Shown one piece after another: positions 8,657 to 18,000 of a stretch of 38,400 bases of DNA. The DNA lies in contig CAUYYV010000001.1 in the NCBI GenBank assembly GCA_963577075.1, positions 1 through 38,400 of the forward strand. The letters run 5' to 3'. Source of the stretch: Phycisphaerae bacterium (lineage in GTDB: Bacteria; Planctomycetota; Phycisphaerae; Phycisphaerales; Phycisphaeraceae). The notes below the pieces were generated by a model, which saw nothing but the letters and a program-made list of their open reading frames with translations, was not told the DNA's origin and did not search any database. Made by a program: the position numbers and the translations under genes. Numbering within the stretch: the first letter of the stretch is position 1; each line of letters begins with the position of its first letter.

Positions 8657-10906
8657 TCATGATTGTGGCGTGTCGGAAAGCCGAAGTGTTATAGACCCCT
8701 TGCTTGTCGTCTTCTTAACCTGATCGCCGCAGGCGACCTCCACGGGAAACTCCTCTGACGCGTCGAATGAAAACGTGGTATGACTGTGAGTCCCCGGTTT
8801 GATGGTGATCATCAATTGCCCCCGTGGCGTCGCGATCATCTGGTGGTCGGGCCAGTGCCTTTGCATCCTGATCGGTTTGAGTCTCACGCCGGCACCGCAC
8901 CAACGGGCACCGACCAACAACGCTTCGTAGTAGTGCGGATGCATCATCTGCATGCCGGACCGGCCTCGATCGGCCCATTTGTTGAGGTTCTGGGCCGACC
9001 TGTCGTAACACCGATCAAGCCCTTGATGTGTGGCCTCGTCCTCGAATCCCTGAAGCCGTGCCGATTCGGGAAAAATGCGACAAGCAAGTGATTTCCAGAC
9101 TATAGTTGCCTTGCAGTCCCACGGTCGTCCGTACGATGAAGGGAAAAGTTCCACGTCGGTGCGCAGAAAATGTTTGCCCATGACTTGGAGCATGTTGACC
9201 AATTCCGTGATTTTCGGTGTCTCGGTCATCTGTTCCATGGCTTGGCAGACCTCAAGAACACTGATCATCGCCACGCCGGTCATATAAAGCGACGAGTGAT
9301 AACCGGGGTGAGGCCCGACACCCATCTGGCCACCGACCGTTCCATTGGCATCGAGCACGGTTTGGAGCATGCGTACAAACTCAGCGCAGCGCTCGCGTGC
9401 GTGCTGCGTGTCAAGAAACCGCCACATCAGCGCCCAGGCGGCAACCGAGAAAGCATCGCGCCCGATCGCATCGCGAGGCCAGTTGGCGCGAAACCATTGC
9501 CAGTAGCTTTCCGCACACATCTCGGTGAGGTCGAGCAAGTACGGGTCGCCCGTTTCCAGGTAGCCCATCAGCACGTCGCGGAACTTGCAATAAGCGCATG
9601 TTTTCCAGGGCCAACCGCCCCTGGTTTGATGGGATGTGAAGTCCGTGTGATCAACCATCAGGTCGGCCCAGAAGTAGCAGTAGACCAGGGCGTCTTCGAG
9701 CAACTCCGGCCGACCGGTTAGATAGTAGTTCTGCAACAGGCCGATCCCCGAGTCGCCGTCGTTACCACCTTTATAGGCGAAGCCGGCATGAAATCGTCCA
9801 CGCGCCATGTGCATTCGGATATTGTCAGCCGTCGCCTCGCCCAGGTTCTCGGCACCGCCGCGAACTGGCAAGTATTGCCCGGGCCAGAGTTCGTCGCACA
9901 ACGCATACCACCAGTTCGGCGCGCGATATCGCGCGATCACTGGCGGCGCATCGGAAAGACTCAGTTGCATCCGCACGGTTCGCGCAAAGCCCGCAAACCA
10001 TTCGACTGCCTGTGCATCTTCGATCAGCGGGAATGAAGTACGGCTAAACGGGCACCACAACACGAAATCGCCGCCGTTTATTATTCTGCCCGGCCTCTTT
10101 ATGCTGGACAACACCGCACAATCCGCGAGGTTGATTGCAACATCCCCCAATTGATGTCGCAGCCCGTCGGCGGGAACAATCGCATCGATCGGTTGCAGCC
10201 CGTCACCGGCCAGGCGGATCATCGGCAGGCCGTGATACTCGTTGCCCTCGATGTGCAACTTCGTGTTTACGAAGTGTGCGGCGATGTCGGCGACACCATT
10301 GGCGAACAGGACAAGGTACACGTCGACGCGAAGGTAGGTGTCACCGTTGTAGATGATGCCGCCGATGCGGACCGCTTGCGCGACCTGGTTTTCCCACAGC
10401 GGATCGATCTGCACGTCGTGCCAGTTGTAAACGCCCTCTCCGCGGTGCCCGGTGGCGCACGCCTGAAGGCGCAGCGTCCGCCCGGCGTAGGTCAAGGTGA
10501 TCTCGGATTCGACGGTGAGGCACTGGTCAGCCGGGATGCTGCGTAGCGCGGGGGTGTTGTCCACGTTGTGCTTGGGTGCGTCCACGTGCTCTAACGTGGT
10601 TCGCGACTCGACGGTCCACGCGGCGGCAGCCGGGGCGGAGGGTGCTGCTGCCTGCGTGAGTTTCACAATGGCTGGCAGGCCGTCATCGGCGAGGAGGTAG
10701 GCAATGACCCGGCGCGGCCGTTGTCCGCGGCGCCACCACCCAACCGTTATCGAGTCGGATGGCGCGTGGTCAATCCGAAGCCCGTTGGCGGGCAGCTTGG
10801 GCAACGGCAGCGAGATCATGCCGACCGTTGCCTCGACCGGGCCGATTCGTTCCAGCGTGACCCGCTGCCACGGCACGGATGCGTTTGAGGATTTTGGGTG
10901 TGGCAT
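8657..10906 (-). CDS. Hypothetical protein of about 749 aa (762 aa from the upstream TTG at 10945). Possibly a carbohydrate-active alpha/alpha-toroid plus beta-sandwich protein; function unknown.
   Basis: A long uninterrupted ORF with protein-like composition and no signal peptide. It contains a Trp/Tyr/Cys-rich helical region (GGWPWKTCAYCKFRDVLMGYLETGDPYLLD...). Its stop lies 24 bp upstream of the HAD gene on the same strand. I recognise no catalytic motif. Confidence 0.6.
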   Translation of the reverse strand: MPHPKSSNASVPWQRVTLERIGPVEATVGMISLPLPKLPANGLRIDHAPSDSITVGWWRRGQRPRRVIAYLLADDGLPAIVKLTQAAAPSAPAAAAWTVESRTTLEHVDAPKHNVDNTPALRSIPADQCLTVESEITLTYAGRTLRLQACATGHRGEGVYNWHDVQIDPLWENQVAQAVRIGGIIYNGDTYLRVDVYLVLFANGVADIAAHFVNTKLHIEGNEYHGLPMIRLAGDGLQPIDAIVPADGLRHQLGDVAINLADCAVLSSIKRPGRIINGGDFVLWCPFSRTSFPLIEDAQAVEWFAGFARTVRMQLSLSDAPPVIARYRAPNWWYALCDELWPGQYLPVRGGAENLGEATADNIRMHMARGRFHAGFAYKGGNDGDSGIGLLQNYYLTGRPELLEDALVYCYFWADLMVDHTDFTSHQTRGGWPWKTCAYCKFRDVLMGYLETGDPYLLDLTEMCAESYWQWFRANWPRDAIGRDAFSVAAWALMWRFLDTQHARERCAEFVRMLQTVLDANGTVGGQMGVGPHPGYHSSLYMTGVAMISVLEVCQAMEQMTETPKITELVNMLQVMGKHFLRTDVELFPSSYGRPWDCKATIVWKSLACRIFPESARLQGFEDEATHQGLDRCYDRSAQNLNKWADRGRSGMQMMHPHYYEALLVGARWCGAGVRLKPIRMQRHWPDHQMIATPRGQLMITIKPGTHSHTTFSFDASEEFPVEVACGDQVKKTTSKGSITLRLSDTPQS

Positions 10907-11016
10907 TGTTGAACCTGACGCTGAGTGCTTGCTCGCGTTTGGCAATTTGGCGTGTCACATCGTATAAACTCTTGGACTTTGCAGGTCAGATCGTTACACT
11001 GCTGGCCGGTGATACA

Positions 11017-12246
11017 ATGTCGCCAGCAGACAAACTGATCGATTACGACAAGGCACTGGGAACAATTCTCTCGCACGTGCGGAAGGTGGGTACGCGCCGA
11101 GTCGAGTTGGCTGACGCGCGTGGTGCAGTGCTTCGAGAGGACGTGCATGCCGATCGTGATCAGCCCCCGTTTAATCGATCAGCCATGGACGGCTTTGCCG
11201 TGCGAAGCGGCCAGGTGGCGGTCGATCGCCTGTTTACGGTGGCGGGTGCCGTTGCTGCCGGTGCGCCGATCGCTGAATATCCCGATGATCCTGCATCGGT
11301 GCTTCGAATCGCCACGGGTGCGGCCGTACCACCGGGTGCCGACGCAGTCATCCCGATCGAACAGGCCCAGGTCGAGAGCGGCGATCGGTCCGAGCGGGTG
11401 CGATTTCTGGTTGAATCAGTCGAGCCCGGCCACAATATTCACGCACGTGCCAGTGACGCTTCGACGGGCCAGCGGTTGGTCGCGGCGGGCACCGGGCTGG
11501 GGGCGAATCACCTCGCCGCCGCCGCCGCCGTGGGTGCGACACAACTCGAAGTGTCAGCCGAGCCTCGCGTGGCCCTGCTCACCAGCGGCGACGAGGTGAT
11601 GGCCCCGCAGACGCCGACGGCGCAGTTGCAGCCGCAGCAGATCCGCAACTCGAACGGTCCGCTACTTGCCGGACTTCTCAATGCACTGGGTGCTTCGCCG
11701 ATCATGAACGAGCACGTGCCCGATGAACCGGAGCAGACGCTTGACGCTGCGCGCGAAGCAATCGGCCAATCTAACCTGGTGATTACCGTCGGCGGCGTGA
11801 GCGTCGGGCAGCGCGATCTGTTGCCCTGGGCGTGGCAACGGCTCGGGCTCGAGGTGGTGTTGCACGGTGTGGCAATCCAGCCGGGCAAACCGCTGTTCGT
11901 GGCGCGTGACGGGAACAAGTTGGTGCTTGGGTTGCCCGGCAACCCCGTCAGCGTGCTGATCACGGCTCACCTGTTCGTCTGGCCGGTGATTCGAGCCATG
12001 CTCGGCCAGGCTGCTGACCTTCCCTGGTTACAGGTAACGCTCGGCAATGGCGTAAAAGCGAAACGAAAACGTCAGGTATTTCGCGCTGCGCGGCTCAATG
12101 GCCAGGGGATCGCGGAGGTGATCCAATGGCACGGGTCGGGCGACTTGGTTCACACCGTCGATGCCGACGGATTCGTACGCCTGCCACTGATCGACGCCGA
12201 GGCCCAGGCCGGTCAGCGTGTGCCGTTTCTTCCTCTAATCCGGTAG
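11017..12246 (+). CDS. moeA: Molybdopterin molybdenumtransferase MoeA, 409 aa
   Basis: The MoeA-like N-terminus is MSPADKLIDYDKALGTILSHV. Further motifs are PPFNRSAMDGFAV, ITVGGVSVGQRDLL and GLPGNPVS. I chose the ATG at 11017; the ORF-track extension to 10879 runs into the divergent gene. Confidence 0.85.
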   Translation: MSPADKLIDYDKALGTILSHVRKVGTRRVELADARGAVLREDVHADRDQPPFNRSAMDGFAVRSGQVAVDRLFTVAGAVAAGAPIAEYPDDPASVLRIATGAAVPPGADAVIPIEQAQVESGDRSERVRFLVESVEPGHNIHARASDASTGQRLVAAGTGLGANHLAAAAAVGATQLEVSAEPRVALLTSGDEVMAPQTPTAQLQPQQIRNSNGPLLAGLLNALGASPIMNEHVPDEPEQTLDAAREAIGQSNLVITVGGVSVGQRDLLPWAWQRLGLEVVLHGVAIQPGKPLFVARDGNKLVLGLPGNPVSVLITAHLFVWPVIRAMLGQAADLPWLQVTLGNGVKAKRKRQVFRAARLNGQGIAEVIQWHGSGDLVHTVDADGFVRLPLIDAEAQAGQRVPFLPLIR

Positions 12247-12249
12247 CCT

Positions 12250-12516
12250 ATGCCACGCGATAGCCATCCACTTCGTGTCAGCGTGTTGTTGTTCGCCGAA
12301 TTGGCGTACGACGTGGGGCAACGAGAGTTGCAGTTGGAACTACCGAACGGTGTAACCGTGGCAGATGCGTTGCAAAAACTTTCACAGACGCACGAGTCCA
12401 TCGCCCGATGGCGCGACCGGTTGGCCGTTGCGGTCAACGCGCAATATACGAATCCGGCCTGCGTGTTATCTGACGGCGACGAATTGGCGTTAATACCCCC
12501 GGTCTCGGGCGGTTAA
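12250..12516 (+). CDS. moaD: Molybdopterin synthase sulfur-carrier subunit MoaD (ThiS/MoaD ubiquitin-like fold), 88 aa
   Basis: The protein ends in ...IPPVSGG, the diagnostic C-terminal Gly-Gly. Its ATG lies 3 nt after the moeA stop. Size is typical for the family. Confidence 0.8.
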   Translation: MPRDSHPLRVSVLLFAELAYDVGQRELQLELPNGVTVADALQKLSQTHESIARWRDRLAVAVNAQYTNPACVLSDGDELALIPPVSGG

Positions 12517-12689
12517 ACGCGTGGCCGTCAGGCCCAGGAAATTTTTAAACTCCTTATTTCAACTGTATTTACGGGCCATCCCCCTTTTTATTTCCGTCAT
12601 GGTTAACCGGCCCGCCCCGCGTGCCGAAATAGAAATATCCGAGCATGGTCTCGTGCCCGGTGGGAGTTGCTAGAGAAAGGCCCCAATAC

Positions 12690-13268
12690 ATGCCACGTCA
12701 AAAAGACATACTTACCACCGGTGAAGTGGCGAAGATCTGTAATGTCGCCCCACGCACGGTCAGCAAGTGGTTCGATTCGGGCCAGTTGCGAGGTTATCGG
12801 ATTCCGGGATCGAAAGATCGACGAATTCCGATCAACTCGCTGGTCCGCTTTATGAAGGCGCACAGCATCCCGCTCGACGGGCTTCAATCCGGCAGCACGC
12901 GCGTGCTGATCGTTGATGACGAGTCTGAAATCGTCGACGTGCTGGAGAAAGTGCTCAGCGAGCAGGCCAGCTACGAGGTGCATACTGCGCATAGTGGGTT
13001 CGCCGCGGGTGTCGAGTGTGAGAAGTTCCGCCCGCATGTCATGCTGATCGACATTCATCTCGGTGATATTGACGGCGATCGCGTGCTCAAACTCGTCCAC
13101 GACAATGGCGATCTGCAACTGACCAAGATCTTGGCCATGTCCGGTAAGCTGACCGACGGTCAGGCCCAGGCGTTGCTCGCCAAGGGCTTCGACGGTTACC
13201 TCAAGAAGCCGTTCCACGTGCGCCAGGTGATAGAGTCCATCGAAGACGCCACTGCCGTGGTGTACTGA
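12690..13268 (+). CDS. Response regulator with an N-terminal excisionase/MerR-type HTH and a C-terminal receiver domain, 192 aa
   Basis: The HTH is LTTGEVAKICNVAPRTVSKWFDSGQLRGYRIPGSKDRRIP. Receiver signatures are LIVDDE, phospho-acceptor LIDIHLGDIDG, AMSG and KKPF. The ATG at 12690 is preceded by GAAAGG. Confidence 0.8.
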   Translation: MPRQKDILTTGEVAKICNVAPRTVSKWFDSGQLRGYRIPGSKDRRIPINSLVRFMKAHSIPLDGLQSGSTRVLIVDDESEIVDVLEKVLSEQASYEVHTAHSGFAAGVECEKFRPHVMLIDIHLGDIDGDRVLKLVHDNGDLQLTKILAMSGKLTDGQAQALLAKGFDGYLKKPFHVRQVIESIEDATAVVY

Positions 13269-13336
13269 AAACCACTCCCATCCTGCGTTTAACCGCGAGC
13301 CGCATGCGAGCGTATCACGCGTATAATCCAAGCGAT

Positions 13337-13361
13337 GATGATCGCATTGCGTGCGATCATC
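13337..13361. terminator. Perfect 10-bp stem / 5-nt loop hairpin between convergent genes; a possible bidirectional terminator
   Basis: GATGATCGCA-ttgcg-TGCGATCATC, read directly. It lies between the 3' ends of the response regulator (+) and adk (-). No clear U-tract follows on either strand, so terminator function is uncertain. Confidence 0.35.
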
Positions 13362-13584
13362 TGTGCGTATCCGAGCCTGTGGAGTACGTATACCTGGTAA
13401 TTGCCCGATGCCGGTATAAGACCGATCAGATTGTGAATCTGTTGTAAGGGACGGCGCGGGGTCTCCCCAGAAGAATTTTCTCAAATGCTCATCGTTAGGG
13501 ATCGACGCGGCAGGTTTCTTGTGCTCATTCGGGACGGGTGAAATTCGGTTCTCGGCATCGAGGACGCTGCCCGCAACGCGTACG

Positions 13585-14202
13585 TCAATCCTCAAACGTC
13601 ACGAAATTTTCGGTTTGAATAGGCTCGACGATTTCCAGGGCCGCACGCAGTACCTGGGCCGGCGTGCCTACGGCGTTGATATCCGCGATCAGCTCATCGG
13701 GATAGTGAGCGAGTACCGGGGCGGTCTCACGCTCATACACATCCCAGCGATTGCGAATGACTTTTTCATCGGCGTCGTCTTGGCGGCCCTGCTTGAGCGC
13801 ACGTAAGCGAAGTCGCTCGAATAACGGTTGCGGGTCGTCGCAGCCTAGATGAACGATTCGCAGCACCTCGATTTGAGCGTCCATGATCTGCCCCTGCTCG
13901 ACCGTGCGTGGGATGCCATCAAGCAGCAGCAGGTCGCGGGCGGGGTTGTAGGCGCCTAACTTGATCCGGTCCTCCATCGTTTCGCGCCACATCTTGACAG
14001 TGACGTCGTCAGGCACCAGTTCACCCCGTGAACTGTACTCGAAGAAGATCTTGCCCAGTTGCGTGTTGGCGTCCACGGAGCGGAATATGTCGCCGCTGGC
14101 GCAATGGTGGAACCCTGGGATGGCGCCGATCACCTTACCCTGCGTGCCCTTGCCCGCACCGGGAGCACCAAACAGCAACACGGATTTGTATCGATCAGCC
14201 AT
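13585..14202 (-). CDS. adk: Adenylate kinase (short-LID type), 205 aa
   Basis: P-loop GAPGAGKGTQ, NMP-binding GDIFR, LLDGIPRT, and a LID remnant GRQDDADEKVIRNR. Confidence 0.85.
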   Translation of the reverse strand: MADRYKSVLLFGAPGAGKGTQGKVIGAIPGFHHCASGDIFRSVDANTQLGKIFFEYSSRGELVPDDVTVKMWRETMEDRIKLGAYNPARDLLLLDGIPRTVEQGQIMDAQIEVLRIVHLGCDDPQPLFERLRLRALKQGRQDDADEKVIRNRWDVYERETAPVLAHYPDELIADINAVGTPAQVLRAALEIVEPIQTENFVTFED

Positions 14203-14303
14203 GAGTGAAATGGGTGATTAGTGATTTGCCGTTGTGCGGGTCCCTGCACTCCACCGGCACTACAACTCAAGAATCACAATTAAATAATTTATAACCCTAT
14301 CCT

Positions 14304-14777
14304 TTATACCGCTGCCTCGGACTCATCCGCCGCTGCCTCGGACTCATCCGCCAATGCCTCGGGGTCACGGCGTGCCAGTTGACCCATATCGACGGCGCTC
14401 TTGAACGACGTGTTCACGCTTGAGCGAACCCAGTCGAGGCTTCCCGAGTACCACTCGTAAGCGTAGCCGATCACCACGATCCCAAGGAACGGCGCTCCGA
14501 GCACCAAGGCCACGACCGGCGCTTCACGGTAGATGACCGCCCACGGGTAGATCAGCACCACCTCCACGTCGAATACGAGGTAGAACAACGCCACGATGTA
14601 AAACCGCAGGTCAAACTGCACCCAGCTGCTGCCGATTGTCGGCTCGCCACACTCGTAGATCGCCTGCTTTTCCTCGCTGGGCATCGCCGGCCGCACCAGC
14701 TTTCCGACCAACAGGTTGGCCAGCACAAACACCATCCCGAATGCCAGAAAAATCGAGATAGACAGAGCTTGTTCCAC
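14304..14777 (-). CDS. nuoA: NADH-quinone oxidoreductase subunit A (NuoA/ND3) with an acidic C-terminal extension, 157 aa
   Basis: GTG start at 14777. NuoA hallmarks are YECGEP and FDLRFYIVALFYLVFDVEVVLIYPWA, with three predicted TM helices. No other nuo gene is adjacent. Confidence 0.85.
   Translation of the reverse strand: MEQALSISIFLAFGMVFVLANLLVGKLVRPAMPSEEKQAIYECGEPTIGSSWVQFDLRFYIVALFYLVFDVEVVLIYPWAVIYREAPVVALVLGAPFLGIVVIGYAYEWYSGSLDWVRSSVNTSFKSAVDMGQLARRDPEALADESEAAADESEAAV
14311..14362. repeat. Perfect 21-bp tandem duplication plus a partial third copy at the 3' end of nuoA
   Basis: GCTGCCTCGGACTCATCCGCC occurs at 14311-14331 and again at 14332-14352, followed by aaTGCCTCGG. On the minus strand this encodes ...EALADESEAAADESEAAV. 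Confidence 0.9.
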
Positions 14778-15025
14778 GTTGCCAGTTCCCTGTTACGTTG
14801 GGCCGGTATGTTAATCGGCCCGGGCGGCCGGCTCAAGGCAGAAAGGGTGGTGCTGCACTGTCTGCTTGGGCGGGCGTGTTTCAAGTACTGGTTGATTGTC
14901 GCAGCGTAGCCCGCAGGTGCAGCCGTAAAAGTGTATAAAATCGCATCTTATAATCTGAGAGGAAGTCCCCAATGGAATGTCCTCGCCACGGGTGATCTTC
15001 CGCATACCCAGTGGTCACCGTCTTC

Positions 15026-18000
15026 TTATCTCTTCGGCGGGCCGGCTTCGCGGACCACGGCGCCGTCCTTTTCACTGAGGATCAGCAGGCTGAACCTGTC
15101 GACTAAATCCAACTCGTTGGTGTTCAGCGACGTGTAATCGAAACGGCCGCGTAGATCGGTGTAGCCGTCCTTGTAGAACCGCACCTGCCCGTTCTTCATG
15201 CGCGCATACACCTTGACGTACACCTTCGGGTAACCCTTGTCATTGCGGCGGTGGGCGACGCGTACCTGGCCGTAGTTCTCGATCACCTGAACCGTCAGTG
15301 CGTTGGAGAAATAGGGTTGTGATTTGGTCACGCCGCCGCCGGTAATCTCGACCATGACATTGCGATTGGCAAGTTCCGTCGGTAGCGCGAACCGGTAAGT
15401 CTTTTTGGTCGGGGGCAGATTAATCGTGGACGTCTGGTTCGACTGGACGAACGAAAAATGGCTCGAGTATTGCTGCACGAACGGCTGGCGTGAAAACAGC
15501 AACTCGATGTCCATCAGGTAATAGTTTACACGACATTTATTGACGTTCTGGTAATTCAGCGTGACGTGACGTGCATCGATGTTGAAATCGAAGCTTGGCT
15601 CGGTTGAGGCCAGCCGGGTCTGCACCTGCGTGCGGTCCCCGGGGTCGACGGTCCGGCCCGACTTGCCCTCTATCTGGTCAATCCGGGCGAGCACCTTGGC
15701 GAAGCGCTGCCTCCAGAGATCGATCGGATGGTTCTTGTAACGCGACGCTATGCGCCGTGCTGTGCTGGTGCCGTCCGTGAAGAAATCGAGATATGTCGTG
15801 ATGTAGTCGTGCTGTAGTCGTGTCGCCAACTTGTCGGGGTTCACGCGCTCGAAGAACGCCATGCCCTGTTCGGTCCGATCCTGTAGCAGCAGGTAATACG
15901 TTACGGCCATCAGGTCGTCATCGTCGAGCTTGGGCCGGTAGGTCAGCGTTTTCATCAATCGGCGGTACTGGGCGCCGAACCGGTTGTTGAGGATCTGTTG
16001 TGTCCTGCCCAATTGATGGGCGCGGGCGTTGACCAGCGGGCTGTACTCCATGTGCTGGTATGTCTTGCGTACGACGGGATCGATCGTCAGCAGTTTGCAG
16101 TCGATATAACTGCCGCACCGACTGACGAATCGGTCGGCGTGCTTGAGAAACTGGCGAAGCGTGGGCAGGTGATTGTGCTTCAACGCGTATGACCAGAGCG
16201 TATTGTCATAGATGTGCCGTTGATCAAGCAGTTCGACGACGGCGCGGAAGGAAACTTTGTTCTGCATCCTCCATGCGATGCGATTGAGCTTGACTCTGCC
16301 GGGGTTGTGCGTGCCCAGAAACTTGAGCACGTCGTCCTGCGAGCCGTGCTGCGAGATATAATCCCACGACTGCTTGTCGATCTTGCTGGGTTTTTCAACC
16401 ACGTTGAACCGAATCGCCTTGGCAAATGCTATCAAGCTTCCCTCGCGGGCCACGTGGACCGGGTAGTGTGCGAACGTCTTCTCGTCGTTGCCCGTGGTGA
16501 ACGGGAAGTAGAAGTAATACTCGATCGTCTTCGTGTGATACGGCTGCAAGTCGACGTGGACGCCGCGGGTGTATTTGCCGTTGAGCACGGGGATCGCGCC
16601 GCGCGGCACCTGGAGCAGCAGGTCGAGTTTCTGTCGCGACGAGGTCGGGTTGGTCGCCACCACCTGGCATCCATAAACAGTATGGGCGAGAAATTCGTCG
16701 GTGATGAACTTGTCGAGCTTTTCGTTGTTCAGATGGCGGTAGCGGTCGCCGTGCCGGAAAAAATTCTGGCTGATGAGGATGGCCGTCTTTTCGCCGGTGG
16801 TGTTCGTGGGGCGGATCTGTTGATGGTAGATCACTGCCGGGCTTGCGGCCGTCAGCGAGTAAAGCTGACCCTTCAACTCGCGGTCGTGTTTGCCAGCCTC
16901 GAAGGGCAGGTCGAGCACGGCTAGGGCGAACATCATCTCCGTGAAATTGCGCGACGCCTCGGCTAGGTTGGTTGACAGAAATGGGGTCTTGCCGCCGTGA
17001 TTAGCATAGTCACGCCAGAAGGCGCTAACTGGTACAAGCGCAGCGTTTTGTTGATCGATGGGTAGGTGGTAGTAGTTGTTCTCCGCCCATTCCTGCGTCT
17101 TGTCGAGCTTGCGGTACAACTGGCGCACCATGGCGCGTCGAGTACGGTCGCGTCCAAGCCGCCCGTTTGTAAACTCACTCATCTTTTCATCTTTGGCGCC
17201 GAGACGATCGTCATATCTCTCTGCACTTGTCTGCTTCTGTTCCTTTGCGAGGTCGTTACGTATATGCAAGACCGCGCCGTCCATGGCCCGCGCGGCGGTC
17301 GCGCCGGGGGCGAGTTTTCCTCCCTTGCCTTTGCCGCCGTAGCCGAGTGATCGAAGACGACGTATCTGGTCGGCGGGGGTGCCGTCGCCAATCGTTCCCG
17401 CTGTTTCCAGTGAACTGCCTTTCAGCGCCGTGCGAAACAGGAAATTGAATCGTTCGACGTTCGGCGGCAGCAGGTTGTACAGATCAGTGACATGGCGCGC
17501 TGTCTGCCGGCGATCCTCGGCGACGCGGCGGCCGATCAACGCGCGTTCCACGATGTTCAGCCGCTGGTACGGCCATGCCTGGAGATACGGCGACATATCC
17601 GCTCCGAGAAGCCAGTGATCGATAAATGTCTTGCCCTTCTTGTTGGCCAGGTACGGCTTGATCACCTTGTCGAAGAACGGGCGATCCTTCTCGTAGAGAA
17701 AGAAGTTTAACTCGTGGCAAGCATGTTTGCTGTACTTTTCGCGCTTGTCGGCGTCCTTTAATTTTGGCCAGTCAAGAATGAAGTGGAACTCACTCAGGTT
17801 CGCGTTGTTGCCGAGCGTGGTGTAGAGGCGATACACCTTGGCGATGCTGTCGTACACCTCAAACCGTGAGGATCGAACGTCCGGGATCACGAAAGGCTTG
17901 CCCTTCTCGAGCACGCTGATGCGCTTCTGTTCGCTGAAGTGCAGGGCCGGGTCAAGTCCGTCTGCCAGGCGTAGGTCGAGGAAACGGGGGGCGGCCTCGG

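Noticed and set aside
12603-13595. A 330-aa minus-strand ORF spanning the response-regulator gene and the following intergenic region
   Set aside because: It is antisense to a gene with clear HTH and receiver motifs. Its product has no recognisable motif and a skewed composition. Long shadow ORFs like this are expected in high-GC DNA.
14957-14968. GAGAGGAAGTCC, which resembles the RNase P RNA P4 signature GAGGAAAGUCC
   Set aside because: It is one base off the consensus. It sits in a 248-bp gap, too short for a ~350-400-nt RNase P RNA, and I see no matching distal P4 strand or other conserved regions.
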